Made by a program: the position numbers and the translations under genes. A DNA stretch of 64,000 nucleotides from Rickettsiales bacterium. Lineage in GTDB: Bacteria; Pseudomonadota; Alphaproteobacteria; Methylaequorales; Methylaequoraceae. Shown here piece after piece: positions 37,166 to 46,717 of the stretch. The notes below the pieces were generated by a model. That model worked only from the letters and a program-made list of their open reading frames with translations, was not told where the DNA came from and did not search any database. The DNA is taken from positions 2,587-66,586 of the forward strand of contig NZFP01000009.1 of the NCBI GenBank assembly GCA_002689325.1, in the 5' to 3' direction. Within the stretch, counting starts at the first letter, position 1; every line of letters starts with the position of its first letter.

Positions 37166-40100
37166 AAAACGTCTTTACCTGCTTTTAAGTTTTCTAATTT
37201 CTTACTTTCAATAGCTTTTTTAAAGTCAATAGGTAATACCTTAACAAAATATTTAATTTCTTCATCAAAATTATTCAAAATAAACCTTGATTGTGAAGAG
37301 TTTGTATAATTAGTATGTCTAGTTAATAATTCCTTAATCCTCAGTTCATCACTGTCGAGGAAGGAAAACTTGTTAAAAATATTATTAAAACTATCTGAAT
37401 CACCTTTGTCAATTTTTTGTGTTTCAACCATTGAGAAATTACATTTTGAAGAAAAACTGTCATCTTTGTCGTAAACATATGCTATCCCACCACTCATTCC
37501 TGCGCCAAAATTAACTCCTGTTTCACCTAAAACCATTATAACTCCTCCTGTCATATATTCACAGCAATGATCTCCTGTACCTTCAACAACTGCAATTGCT
37601 CCTGAATTTCTTACTGCAAATCTTTCACCTGCAACTCCAGAAAAAAAACATTCTCCAGCTACAGCTCCATAAAGAACAGTATTACCTACAATTATATTTT
37701 TATGCGAATCAATTTTAGAATTACTAAAAGGTTTAATTATTATTCTTCCTCCTGACAAACCTTTTCCTACGTAATCATTTGCTTCACCATTAAGATTTAG
37801 TGTTACTCCTTTGGCTAAAAATGTACCAAAGCTTTGTCCAGCTGTTCCACTGAGATTAATTATAATTGAGTCCTCATTAAGCCCTTTATGTCCATATTTT
37901 TGGGCAATTTCACCTGACAGCATTGCACCAAAACTTCTATCTGTATTCTTAATTAACTTATTAATTTGAGTACTTCTTTTAATCCCTTTTATTACATCTT
38001 TGGCTTCTTGAATTACTTTTAAATCAAGAACATTTTTAATATCATGATTTTGACATGAGGAACTGAAATTTTCTTTTTGATTCTCAGTCTTTGGTTTCCA
38101 TAATATTTTTGTTAAATCAATGTCCTTTGCTTTCCAGTGATCAATAGCACCTTGTTTGCATAAAAGGTCAGAACGACCTATTAAATCATCAAACTTTGTG
38201 AAACCAAGAATAGCCATAATCTCTCTAACTTCTTCTGCTACTAAAAAAAAATAATTAATTACGTTTTCAGGTGTCCCAATGAATTTTTTTCTTAAGGCTT
38301 CATTCTGTGTGGCTACTCCAACAGGACATGTGTTCAAATGACATTTTCTCATCATTATACAACCTATGGAAACTAGTGGAGCAGTTGAAAAACCAAATTC
38401 ATCAGCCCCTAATAGAGCTCCTATAATTACGTCTCTTCCTGTTTTTAAGCCTCCATCTACTTGCAATGAGATTCTATCTCTCAGTTTATTCATAACCAAG
38501 GTCTGATGAGTCTCAGCTAAACCAAGTTCCCATGGTGTTCCTGCATTCTTGATTGACGTCAAAGGTGACGCTCCTGTACCACCATCATAACCAGCGATTG
38601 TAATATGGTCTGCCTTACATTTAGTAACTCCAGCAGCAACAACCCCCACACCAAATTCTGAAACTAATTTTACGCTAATTCTAGCTTTGGAATTAACATT
38701 TTTTAAATCAAATATTAGCTGGGCTAGATCCTCAATAGAGTAGATGTCATGATGGGGTGGAGGTGAAATAAGTCCCACTCCAGGAGTTGAATGTCTTACC
38801 TCAGCTATTTTGTCATCAACTTTATGTCCAGGAAGCTGTCCTCCTTCTCCGGGCTTTGCTCCCTGTGCAATTTTTATTTGAATATCATTTGCATTAACTA
38901 AATACTCCGTTGTTACGCCAAATCTTCCTGAAGCAACTTGTTTAATTGCACTTTTTAATGAGTCTCCATTTTTAAGTTTTTTGAAACGTTCCGGTTCTTC
39001 ACCTCCCTCGCCGGTGTTCGATTTTCCACCTATTCTATTCATAGCAATAGCAAGAGTAGTATGAGCCTCTCTAGAAATCGATCCAAAAGACATGGCACCA
39101 GTAGAAAATCTCTTAACAATCTCTTCAGCTTTTTCTACTTGATTTATTGAGACAGCCTTCTTTTTCTTGAAGTCAAATAAACTTCTAATCGTAAACATTG
39201 ATTTACTGTGATCATTAATTTGGTTTGAAAAATTTTTAAAAGAATCTTTTGAGTTAATTCTCACAGCTTGTTGAAGGTTAGAAATTGTTGCAGGTGACCA
39301 TGCATGTTTTTCACCGTTGACTCTGAAGGCATATTCTCCTCCATCTGCAAGTTTTGAACTTTCATTTAATTGCCTAATTCTATTAAACCTATCTAATGTT
39401 TCTTTTTGTAATTGATTCAAATTAATTCCACCGATTAGAGAGGAAGTGCCACAAAAGAATTTTTCTACAACCGCCTCGGATAAACCTATAGCATCAAAAA
39501 TTTGTGCACCACAGTAGGATTTAAGTGTTGAAATACCCATCTTAGACATAATTTTTAAAATAGCTTTACCGGATGCCTTAATAAAGTTTGCTCTGGCTAA
39601 TTCTTTTTCTTTAGGGCTTGAGAGATTATCTATTGTCTCAAATGCTAAATATGGGTTTATTGCTTCTACACCATATCCAAATAAAACTGAAAAATGATGA
39701 AGTTCTCTGGCTTCACCGGTTTCGAGCAGAATGCTTACTTTCATTCTCAAACCTTCTTTTATTAAATAGTGATGAACCGCAGATACAGCTAATAAGGCTG
39801 GTATGGGGGCGTTAACGCCAGAGAAGTTTTTATCTGAAAGTATTATTATATTACTTCCATCTTTAATTTGTGATTTAACTTCATAGCATATCTTGTCAAT
39901 ACCTTCCTGTAGTTCATTTCCATAACTAGAATTTTTAAATAATATGTCAACCTTTGAAGTTTTTAATTTTCCGTTAGTAAGATCCTTTAAATTGACAATT
40001 GATTGAAGATCGTTATTACTCAAAATTGGTTGATCTAATTCAAGCCTGAGAAAATTATTTTGGTCAGGTGTGGAAAAAATGTTGGGTTTTGATCCTAGAC

Positions 40101-41721
40101 TCATTTTTAAAGACATAACTAATTCTTCCCTAATTGGGTCGATAGGCGGGTTTGTTACCTGAGCAAAACACTGTTTAAAATAAGAATACAGAAGTTTGGT
40201 TTTGTCGCATAGAAGTGAAATTGGAGTATCGGTTCCCATCGATCCAGTAGGTTCAATACCAGATTTAAGTATTGGGTTTAAAAAAAATGAAATATCCTCT
40301 TTTGTATAACCAAATGCAGTTTGGTAAAGTGTTAGCTGGTTAGAATCTATATTTTTGGAAATATCTTTTTTTTTGATATCATCGATGAATATTTGATTCT
40401 TTTTTAAGTGTGACTCATAGTTATTTTTTGTTGCATATTTTTCTTTAATCTCCTCATTGTCTATTATTTTTTTTTCAATCAAGTCTATCAAGAATATCTT
40501 TCCAGGTTGGAGTCTCCATCTTTTTTTTACACTGGATGGATCAATTGGTAAGACTCCCATCTCTGAAGATAACAAAACAGTCCCATCATCTGTAACCAAA
40601 TATCTTGAGGGTCTTAGACCATTTCTGTCGAGAATTGCACCGATTTTTTTTCCATCTGTAAAACACATTGCAGCCGGTCCATCCCATGGCTCAATAAAAT
40701 TAGAGTGATAATTAAAATAACTGTTTACTTGTTTAGAGTGGTGCTTATTTTTTTCCCATGCTTCCGGAATTAATAACATCATTGCCTCTTCAATATCAAA
40801 GCCTCCAATAACCAAATATTCTAAGGCATTATCAAAGGCAGCAGAATCTGATACACCTTCAAAAATTAGAGGGTTGATATCTTTAAACTCATCTGAAAAA
40901 AAAATTGAATCTGAAATTCTAGCTCTTGCATTCATCCAGTTTACATTACCTCTTAGAGTATTAATCTCTCCATTATGACACAAGAATCTGAAAGGTTGGG
41001 CCAACTCCCAACTTGGAAAAGTGTTAGTTGAAAATCTTTGATGAACAATTGCTAATGAAGATATAAATAATTCGTCTTGAAAATCTAAATAAAAATCTCT
41101 TAGGTTATCTGACATAATCATTCCCTTGTAAGTAATTACTCTTGGGGATAATGATACAACGTAAAAATCAAACGATTTAAGTTCTATTTCCATATTTCTT
41201 CTGGCCAGAAATAATTTGGACTCAAATTGATTTATTTTTTGTGAGGGTTTTATTTCCTTAACAAAATATTGAATTATAGAGGGTTCTTTTCCAATTATTG
41301 ATTTACCAAGTATGCTTTTATTAGTAGGTACATTTCTTTTTACAATTATTTCTAAACCAAATTTTTTAAAATATTTTGTTATTATATCAGAACAATATTC
41401 TTTCTCATCCTTGTCTCTGGGTAAAAAAAACATTCCAACAGCATAGTCATCGGGTCTCGGCAAAATTGTATTTGAAATTGAGAACTCTTTTTGAAAGAAT
41501 TGATGCGGTATTTGTGTTAAAATGCCAACGCCATCTCCAGCCTTTGGATCAGCACTGACAGCACCTCTATGTGTTAGATTACTGAGTAATTTAAGCGCGT
41601 TATCAATTATTGATCTAGATGGAATATCATAGATATTTGCTACAAGACCAATTCCACATGAATCCTTCTCATACTTAGAGTCGTAAAGTCCTAATTTTCT
41701 TTTTTTTAAAAACATCCTCAA
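37153..41721 (-). CDS. gltB: glutamate synthase large subunit
   Basis: 1522 aa. N-terminal Ntn amidotransferase Cys (DSCGIGLVANI), FMN/3Fe-4S domain and C-terminal GXGXG repeats. Confidence 0.95.
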   Translation of the reverse strand: MRMFLKKRKLGLYDSKYEKDSCGIGLVANIYDIPSRSIIDNALKLLSNLTHRGAVSADPKAGDGVGILTQIPHQFFQKEFSISNTILPRPDDYAVGMFFLPRDKDEKEYCSDIITKYFKKFGLEIIVKRNVPTNKSILGKSIIGKEPSIIQYFVKEIKPSQKINQFESKLFLARRNMEIELKSFDFYVVSLSPRVITYKGMIMSDNLRDFYLDFQDELFISSLAIVHQRFSTNTFPSWELAQPFRFLCHNGEINTLRGNVNWMNARARISDSIFFSDEFKDINPLIFEGVSDSAAFDNALEYLVIGGFDIEEAMMLLIPEAWEKNKHHSKQVNSYFNYHSNFIEPWDGPAAMCFTDGKKIGAILDRNGLRPSRYLVTDDGTVLLSSEMGVLPIDPSSVKKRWRLQPGKIFLIDLIEKKIIDNEEIKEKYATKNNYESHLKKNQIFIDDIKKKDISKNIDSNQLTLYQTAFGYTKEDISFFLNPILKSGIEPTGSMGTDTPISLLCDKTKLLYSYFKQCFAQVTNPPIDPIREELVMSLKMSLGSKPNIFSTPDQNNFLRLELDQPILSNNDLQSIVNLKDLTNGKLKTSKVDILFKNSSYGNELQEGIDKICYEVKSQIKDGSNIIILSDKNFSGVNAPIPALLAVSAVHHYLIKEGLRMKVSILLETGEARELHHFSVLFGYGVEAINPYLAFETIDNLSSPKEKELARANFIKASGKAILKIMSKMGISTLKSYCGAQIFDAIGLSEAVVEKFFCGTSSLIGGINLNQLQKETLDRFNRIRQLNESSKLADGGEYAFRVNGEKHAWSPATISNLQQAVRINSKDSFKNFSNQINDHSKSMFTIRSLFDFKKKKAVSINQVEKAEEIVKRFSTGAMSFGSISREAHTTLAIAMNRIGGKSNTGEGGEEPERFKKLKNGDSLKSAIKQVASGRFGVTTEYLVNANDIQIKIAQGAKPGEGGQLPGHKVDDKIAEVRHSTPGVGLISPPPHHDIYSIEDLAQLIFDLKNVNSKARISVKLVSEFGVGVVAAGVTKCKADHITIAGYDGGTGASPLTSIKNAGTPWELGLAETHQTLVMNKLRDRISLQVDGGLKTGRDVIIGALLGADEFGFSTAPLVSIGCIMMRKCHLNTCPVGVATQNEALRKKFIGTPENVINYFFLVAEEVREIMAILGFTKFDDLIGRSDLLCKQGAIDHWKAKDIDLTKILWKPKTENQKENFSSSCQNHDIKNVLDLKVIQEAKDVIKGIKRSTQINKLIKNTDRSFGAMLSGEIAQKYGHKGLNEDSIIINLSGTAGQSFGTFLAKGVTLNLNGEANDYVGKGLSGGRIIIKPFSNSKIDSHKNIIVGNTVLYGAVAGECFFSGVAGERFAVRNSGAIAVVEGTGDHCCEYMTGGVIMVLGETGVNFGAGMSGGIAYVYDKDDSFSSKCNFSMVETQKIDKGDSDSFNNIFNKFSFLDSDELRIKELLTRHTNYTNSSQSRFILNNFDEEIKYFVKVLPIDFKKAIESKKLENLKAGKDVLWEK

Positions 41722-41769
41722 TTAATATTTATGATTAAAAGCATTGTTTATCAACACTTTAATGACTTT

Positions 41770-42459
41770 TTAATCAAAATTCATTACTTTTTCATAGTAT
41801 ATGTTTCCCATAGTCTCTGAATCGGAAATTTCTTCTCTTATTAACTTAACTAACCCCAAACCTGGAGCGTACCATTCGGTTTTTTTAATCGTAATATCAA
41901 TTTTACCTAATGGTGCTCCAGGAAAAAAACTGGTTTGACCAAATCCTTCAATTTTTAAACAATTTTTTAAAATTTTATTTTTAATTTTAACAGTCTCATT
42001 TAAGCCAATTAATTTGTTTTCTATATTTATTGGTAGTAAAGTTCTGTAAATTCTATCATAGCCTAATTTCACAACTAATGTGGTCAAGTCATTTGTGTTC
42101 CAGGACTTGTTCTTTTCCAAGGACATTTGATAAACAATATTTTCACGTTCAAACTCTAATTTTTCCTTGGGACGGTCAACAAGACCAGGGAATAGATATT
42201 GAACTTCTTTGAGGATAAGTCTTTGTGGCTCTTTTTTATATTCTATAACTTTCCCGTCACTTCTGACTAATACAGATTTTCTCTTATCTGACTCCTTTAA
42301 AAAGTAAGATTGTTTGTATTTTTTAGTTATTTTTTCTTTATTAATAAATTTGATGTCATAGTGAAGTGTTTGCCCCGTTTTTAAAGAACTGAAGTGTTCA
42401 TTCTCATTACATGAAAGTAATAAAAAAATAAATAAAAGTGGATGATAAAAAAAATTCAT
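41770..42459 (-). CDS. hypothetical lipoprotein
   Basis: Signal peptide with LLSC lipobox-like sequence. 229 aa. Confidence 0.4.
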   Translation of the reverse strand: MNFFYHPLLFIFLLLSCNENEHFSSLKTGQTLHYDIKFINKEKITKKYKQSYFLKESDKRKSVLVRSDGKVIEYKKEPQRLILKEVQYLFPGLVDRPKEKLEFERENIVYQMSLEKNKSWNTNDLTTLVVKLGYDRIYRTLLPINIENKLIGLNETVKIKNKILKNCLKIEGFGQTSFFPGAPLGKIDITIKKTEWYAPGLGLVKLIREEISDSETMGNIYYEKVMNFD

Positions 42460-42486
42460 TAAAAATATAAATTCTCAATTTAAAAT

Positions 42487-43092
42487 TTACTTTTCTTCTT
42501 TTATCAGATGTGAATAACCAAGTTTATATTCAAGAGCATTACATAACATTTGCCCAATTAAAATATGCATTTCTTGGATTCTTGAGGTATTTAGAGCAGG
42601 AACAGATATTATTTCATCACATAAACGACTTACTAAACGTGTGTAATTTCCTGTAAATACTACACATTTAAGTCCTTTTTTCTTTGCAGTTTTAAACGCA
42701 TTTATTACATTCTGACTCTTACCAGACGTTGTTATTCCAATTGCAATATCATCTCTTTCTCCTAAGGCTTCAATTTGTCTTGAAAATACAAAATCAAATC
42801 CAAAATCATTGCCTATTGCAGTTAGTGCTGAGGTATCTGTAGCCAATGATATTGCTGGAATTGCTTTCCGGTTTTTCGAGAACCTAACTGTTAGCTCTGT
42901 TGCTAAATGTTGGGCGTCAGACGCACTTCCACCATTTCCAAAAAAAAGAATCTTTCTTTTCTTTTTTAGTGAACTTATACAAATTTTTGTTACATTTAAA
43001 AAAGAAGACTGAAGTTTTTTTTGGCAATCGATTGTAACCTTATTGTGTTCTTCAAATTGTCTATTAAAAAAGTTTTCTAAATCATTACTCAC
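42487..43092 (-). CDS. gmhA: SIS-domain phosphoheptose isomerase
   Basis: ILFFGNGGSASDAQHLATEL ... TSGKSQNVI blocks. Confidence 0.8.
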   Translation of the reverse strand: MSNDLENFFNRQFEEHNKVTIDCQKKLQSSFLNVTKICISSLKKKRKILFFGNGGSASDAQHLATELTVRFSKNRKAIPAISLATDTSALTAIGNDFGFDFVFSRQIEALGERDDIAIGITTSGKSQNVINAFKTAKKKGLKCVVFTGNYTRLVSRLCDEIISVPALNTSRIQEMHILIGQMLCNALEYKLGYSHLIKEEK

Positions 43093-43108
43093 ACTAATTT
43101 TTCCTCAA

Positions 43109-43184
43109 TGGCGATCTTATCTGGACTCGAACCAGAAACTAATCCTTAGGAGGGATTTGTTATATCCACTTTAACTATAAGACC
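43109..43184 (-). tRNA. tRNA-Arg (anticodon CCT)
   Basis: Reverse complement folds as a 76-nt cloverleaf GGTCTTA-TA-GTTA-AAGTGGATA-TAAC-A-AATCC-CTCCTAA-GGATT-AGTT-TCTGG-TTCGAGT-CCAGA-TAAGATC-G-CCA. U8, A14, G18G19, A20, U33, A37 and T-loop TTCGAGT are all present. Confidence 0.85.
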
Positions 43185-43188
43185 AAAT

Positions 43189-43716
43189 TTATCTTCCAAA
43201 TGGTATTTGATATTTCAAAACTAAAGTCTCAGAACCTGGGTTTTTTTTACCACTGTCTGCGTTTGAAATATGAAAAATTCCAACTCCTAACCTTGCCTTA
43301 TTTTTAAATCTATAAAAGACATCAATTCCAATGTAGAATTCTAAAGGGTTTCCTGCTTTAATTTCGTTTCCATCTTTATAATATCCACAAGCTAAACTTG
43401 GTGTCCAAACAATGTTTTTCTTTTTTCCATAGTATCCATCAATTCCAAAGCCACCGTAGGCATAATATGCATTTTCATTGGTACCTAAAAAACCAGCGAA
43501 GGGCTTAATTAAATTAAACATCTTCCTTCCGCTATGTACCTCTAAGTTTATCATTCCTGATTGATCATTATGGGGAGGAGAACCATCCTCCATGTAATTG
43601 AAGACACCCACTCCTAAGGAAAATCTAGCTGAATCTCTAGCCATAGCATTTGAGTTTAAAAAAACCAAAAGTGAAATAATAGTTACATTTAATAAAAAGT
43701 TATACTTCATCTGCAT
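43189..43716 (-). CDS. outer-membrane PagL-like (lipid A 3-O-deacylase family) protein, paralogue A
   Basis: Signal peptide. C-terminal GVGIFHISNADSGKKNPGSETLVLKYQIPF with an HxSN catalytic-type motif. Confidence 0.5.
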   Translation of the reverse strand: MQMKYNFLLNVTIISLLVFLNSNAMARDSARFSLGVGVFNYMEDGSPPHNDQSGMINLEVHSGRKMFNLIKPFAGFLGTNENAYYAYGGFGIDGYYGKKKNIVWTPSLACGYYKDGNEIKAGNPLEFYIGIDVFYRFKNKARLGVGIFHISNADSGKKNPGSETLVLKYQIPFGR

Positions 43717-44277
43717 TTAAAACGGGATTTGATATTTTAGTATTATTGACTCAGAGCCTGGGTTTTCAGTTCCTAATCCGGCATTTGATATATGGTAAAT
43801 TCCAACTCCAACTCTTACATTGTTCCTAAATCTATACGATATATCCCCTCCACTCATAAACTCCAATCTATTATACATTTTTATTTCATCTCCGTCCACA
43901 TACCAACCAGCAGCAAAACTTGGCGTTAATACTATACATTTACAATCGCCGAAATAAAAATCGACTGCTAATCCACCATAACCATACAAAGCATCTTCAC
44001 TTGTTCCTAAAAAACCAATTTTTGGTTTAAAAATTTTAAAAATTCTTTTTGGAGACTGATATTCAAGCTGATACAAAATCGAAGTTTTTGCAATACTTTC
44101 CTCTGAAAAACAAGTACTATCAGAATGTAAAGATATGCATCTTTTTTCCCCGTTTTCCATAAAATTATAAATACCACCACCTACTGATAACCTAGATTTA
44201 TTATCTATTGCATCAACTGAAAAAAAAGGAAACAAACAAAAGAATAAAATTAATTTAACTTTTTTAAACATTCTCAC
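43717..44277 (-). CDS. outer-membrane PagL-like protein, paralogue B
   Basis: GVGIYHISNAGLGTENPGSESIILKYQIPF. Immediately adjacent tandem copy. Confidence 0.5.
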   Translation of the reverse strand: MRMFKKVKLILFFCLFPFFSVDAIDNKSRLSVGGGIYNFMENGEKRCISLHSDSTCFSEESIAKTSILYQLEYQSPKRIFKIFKPKIGFLGTSEDALYGYGGLAVDFYFGDCKCIVLTPSFAAGWYVDGDEIKMYNRLEFMSGGDISYRFRNNVRVGVGIYHISNAGLGTENPGSESIILKYQIPF

Positions 44278-44324
44278 TAAATTTATAATAAATATTATAA
44301 ATGAAGTGTTAAGGTAACATTTAA

Positions 44325-45761
44325 GTGATAAAAAATAAATTTTTAATTTTCTTAATTTTCTTTTTCATATTTTGTTCAACTTCAAGTTGTGTGGTTACAC
44401 CATCTTCTGGACAAAGAGAAATAAGTCTAATGTCTGAAAAAGATGAAAAGGCTATAGGAAAGGCTGAACATCCAAAAATTATCAAACAGTTTGGAGGAAT
44501 ATATAAAAATAATACTCTTCAAAATTATATCGAGAGTTTGGGGAAATTTCTTGTATCTACATCCGAAAGTCCAAATCTTAAGTTCACTTTTACTATACTT
44601 AATTCACCAATAATAAACGCATTTGCACTTCCTGGAGGGTATATATATCTGACCAGGGGGTTAATTTACCTTTGTCAAAATGAAGCCCAACTAGCCGGTG
44701 TCATAGCACACGAAATTGGTCATGTAACAGGGAGACATTCAGCTAAAAGGTATACTAGAGCTGTTGGAACAAACCTATTAGGTAATTTGCTCAATACTCT
44801 CATAAAAAATCCTATTTTACAAAATTTAACGAATACTACTTCATCTCTTTATCTCTTATCGTATTCACGAAAAAATGAATATGAGGCGGATAGTTTAGCA
44901 ACTAGCTATATGGTTAGAGCAGGATTTGAACCATATGAAATGGCAAACTTTTTAAAACAAATGGAACAATACTCAAAGTTACAAAAAAAAATAATTGGAG
45001 ATAGAAAAAAAGTTTCAGAACTATTGTTAACCCATCCTAATTCTTCAAAAAGAGTTATGGAAGTTATCAATAGTGTTAATGATTCCTCTAATTATAAACC
45101 AATAATCGGAAGAGAAGTTTTTTTGAAAAAAATTGACGGAATGCTTTATGGAGACAAACCAGAGGAAGGATTTTTTTACAAAAACACATTCATACATAAA
45201 CCACTGGACTTTTTTTTTAATTTTGATGAATCAATTTTTTTTATTAATAACCCAAAGTTTCTTTTAGGCCTGGGAGAAAATGATGTAAAGATTTTTTTTG
45301 ATGTAGATAATAATATGAAACTAGATGACTTAGAGTATTTTTCGAGTTGGGCCAAAACACCCAAAAAAAACATTTTGAACTATAGTAAAAAAACGATTGG
45401 TAATTTTATCATTTCTGAATGTATAATAAAAAAATCTGACCAAGCCATAGGACTGGCTCTAATTAAAGACGATAAAAATCTTTACAGGTTTTCAATTACT
45501 TCAGAAAAAAAATATTTCAAAAATTACAAAAAAAAATTTTCTAATATTGTCTATTCATTTGGAAGAGTTTCCACCAATTCAAGTATTGACAAAATTGAAC
45601 CACCAAAAATTAGAGTGATTAGGAACTCTCCAGATGAAAATTTTATTAAAGAAGTGATAAAAAAGAGTAGTTTTCAAAAAAGGTTTTCAAAAGACATTTT
45701 TATGACTATCAATAATGTCGATGAAATTAAGACTAATCAAAAAATTAAAACAATTTATTGA
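44325..45761 (+). CDS. M48-family zinc metallopeptidase (lipoprotein)
   Basis: HEIGHVTGRH zinc motif. N-terminal lipobox-like FCSTSSC. Confidence 0.75.
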   Translation: MIKNKFLIFLIFFFIFCSTSSCVVTPSSGQREISLMSEKDEKAIGKAEHPKIIKQFGGIYKNNTLQNYIESLGKFLVSTSESPNLKFTFTILNSPIINAFALPGGYIYLTRGLIYLCQNEAQLAGVIAHEIGHVTGRHSAKRYTRAVGTNLLGNLLNTLIKNPILQNLTNTTSSLYLLSYSRKNEYEADSLATSYMVRAGFEPYEMANFLKQMEQYSKLQKKIIGDRKKVSELLLTHPNSSKRVMEVINSVNDSSNYKPIIGREVFLKKIDGMLYGDKPEEGFFYKNTFIHKPLDFFFNFDESIFFINNPKFLLGLGENDVKIFFDVDNNMKLDDLEYFSSWAKTPKKNILNYSKKTIGNFIISECIIKKSDQAIGLALIKDDKNLYRFSITSEKKYFKNYKKKFSNIVYSFGRVSTNSSIDKIEPPKIRVIRNSPDENFIKEVIKKSSFQKRFSKDIFMTINNVDEIKTNQKIKTIY

Positions 45762-46258
45762 TTTAATAATTCCTCTAATTTAACTTTAGCCATTTTTTTC
45801 TCTAAATTCTGAACAGCTGCGTATTCGTTACTTAATCTATTTAATGCAGTTAGGTAAATTTGTCTTTCAGAATAAGATTGTTGTTCAAGAGAATCATCTT
45901 TTTTATGAAGATCTCTAACTACTTCAGCGATGAGAACTGGATCTCCACTGTTAATGTTTTTTTCATATTCTTTCGCCCTTTTTATCCACATATCTTTTTT
46001 AACAGAGGGTTTTTCAGCTAAAACTTCTAAAGCCTTTGATAATCTATTTTTATTGCTAAGTTTTCTAAGACCAGATTGAGAAGCTTTGATCTTAGGTATT
46101 CTTAACTTCATTTTATCTTGTTTAAAATTGATTAAAATAAAGTCTTGTGACGAACCATCAACCTCATACGTATCAAAATTTTCAACTTCGCCGACACCAT
46201 ATATAGGGTAAACAACAAGATCACCAACCTCCAGATTTAATTCATCTTCTTTTTTCAA
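45755..46258 (-). CDS. CarD/CdnL-family RNA polymerase-binding transcription factor
   Basis: N-terminal LEVGDLVVYPIYGVGEVENF (CarD_TRCF-like Tudor domain). 167 aa. Confidence 0.8.
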   Translation of the reverse strand: MKKEDELNLEVGDLVVYPIYGVGEVENFDTYEVDGSSQDFILINFKQDKMKLRIPKIKASQSGLRKLSNKNRLSKALEVLAEKPSVKKDMWIKRAKEYEKNINSGDPVLIAEVVRDLHKKDDSLEQQSYSERQIYLTALNRLSNEYAAVQNLEKKMAKVKLEELLNQ

Positions 46259-46324
46259 AATGGGCTCCTAATTAATTATACAGTTGTGGATTATATTAGA
46301 AAAAGCTTTGAATACAAGCTTTAC

Positions 46325-46663
46325 TTAAGATCCTTTACCAGGCTTTTCGCTGAAATGCTTTTCAAATTTGTTGGAGACATCTTTCCAGTCGTCGCTATCA
46401 ACAGGGGGGGTACCAATTTTATTAATGTTTGGCCAAATTTCTGAATATTTTCTGTTAATTTCGATCCATTTTTTTGAAGATTCATCAGAATCATCACTTA
46501 TAGCTTCAGCTGGACATTCAGGCTCGCAGACACCACAATCAATGCACTCATCTGGATGGATAACAAGCATATTTTCTCCTTCATAGAAACAATCAACAGG
46601 GCAAACTTCAACACAATCCATGTATTTGCATTTCACACAAGCGTCTTTAACAACATAAGTCAT
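46325..46663 (-). CDS. fdxA: 7Fe ferredoxin (3Fe-4S + 4Fe-4S)
   Basis: [26 protein letters not shown] ... [12 protein letters not shown]. Confidence 0.85.
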   Translation of the reverse strand: MTYVVKDACVKCKYMDCVEVCPVDCFYEGENMLVIHPDECIDCGVCEPECPAEAISDDSDESSKKWIEINRKYSEIWPNINKIGTPPVDSDDWKDVSNKFEKHFSEKPGKGS

Positions 46664-46717
46664 TATGTGGTATATAATCCAGTTTTAATATTTATTCAAC
46701 TTAATATTTAATACTTA

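Noticed and set aside
39618-41558. Short plus-strand ORFs inside gltB (39618-39815, 40457-40708, 41376-41558) and inside other core genes (42030-42212, 42809-43012, 45176-45373, 46368-46586, 47788-48000, 50154-50805, 51201-51434, 51758-51961, 52651-52866, 54936-55124, 55471-55746, 55990-56271, 58870-59304, 60171-60497, 60802-61017)
   Set aside because: They are antisense to highly conserved genes (gltB, acnA, ccmF, pabB and others). They are chance open frames.
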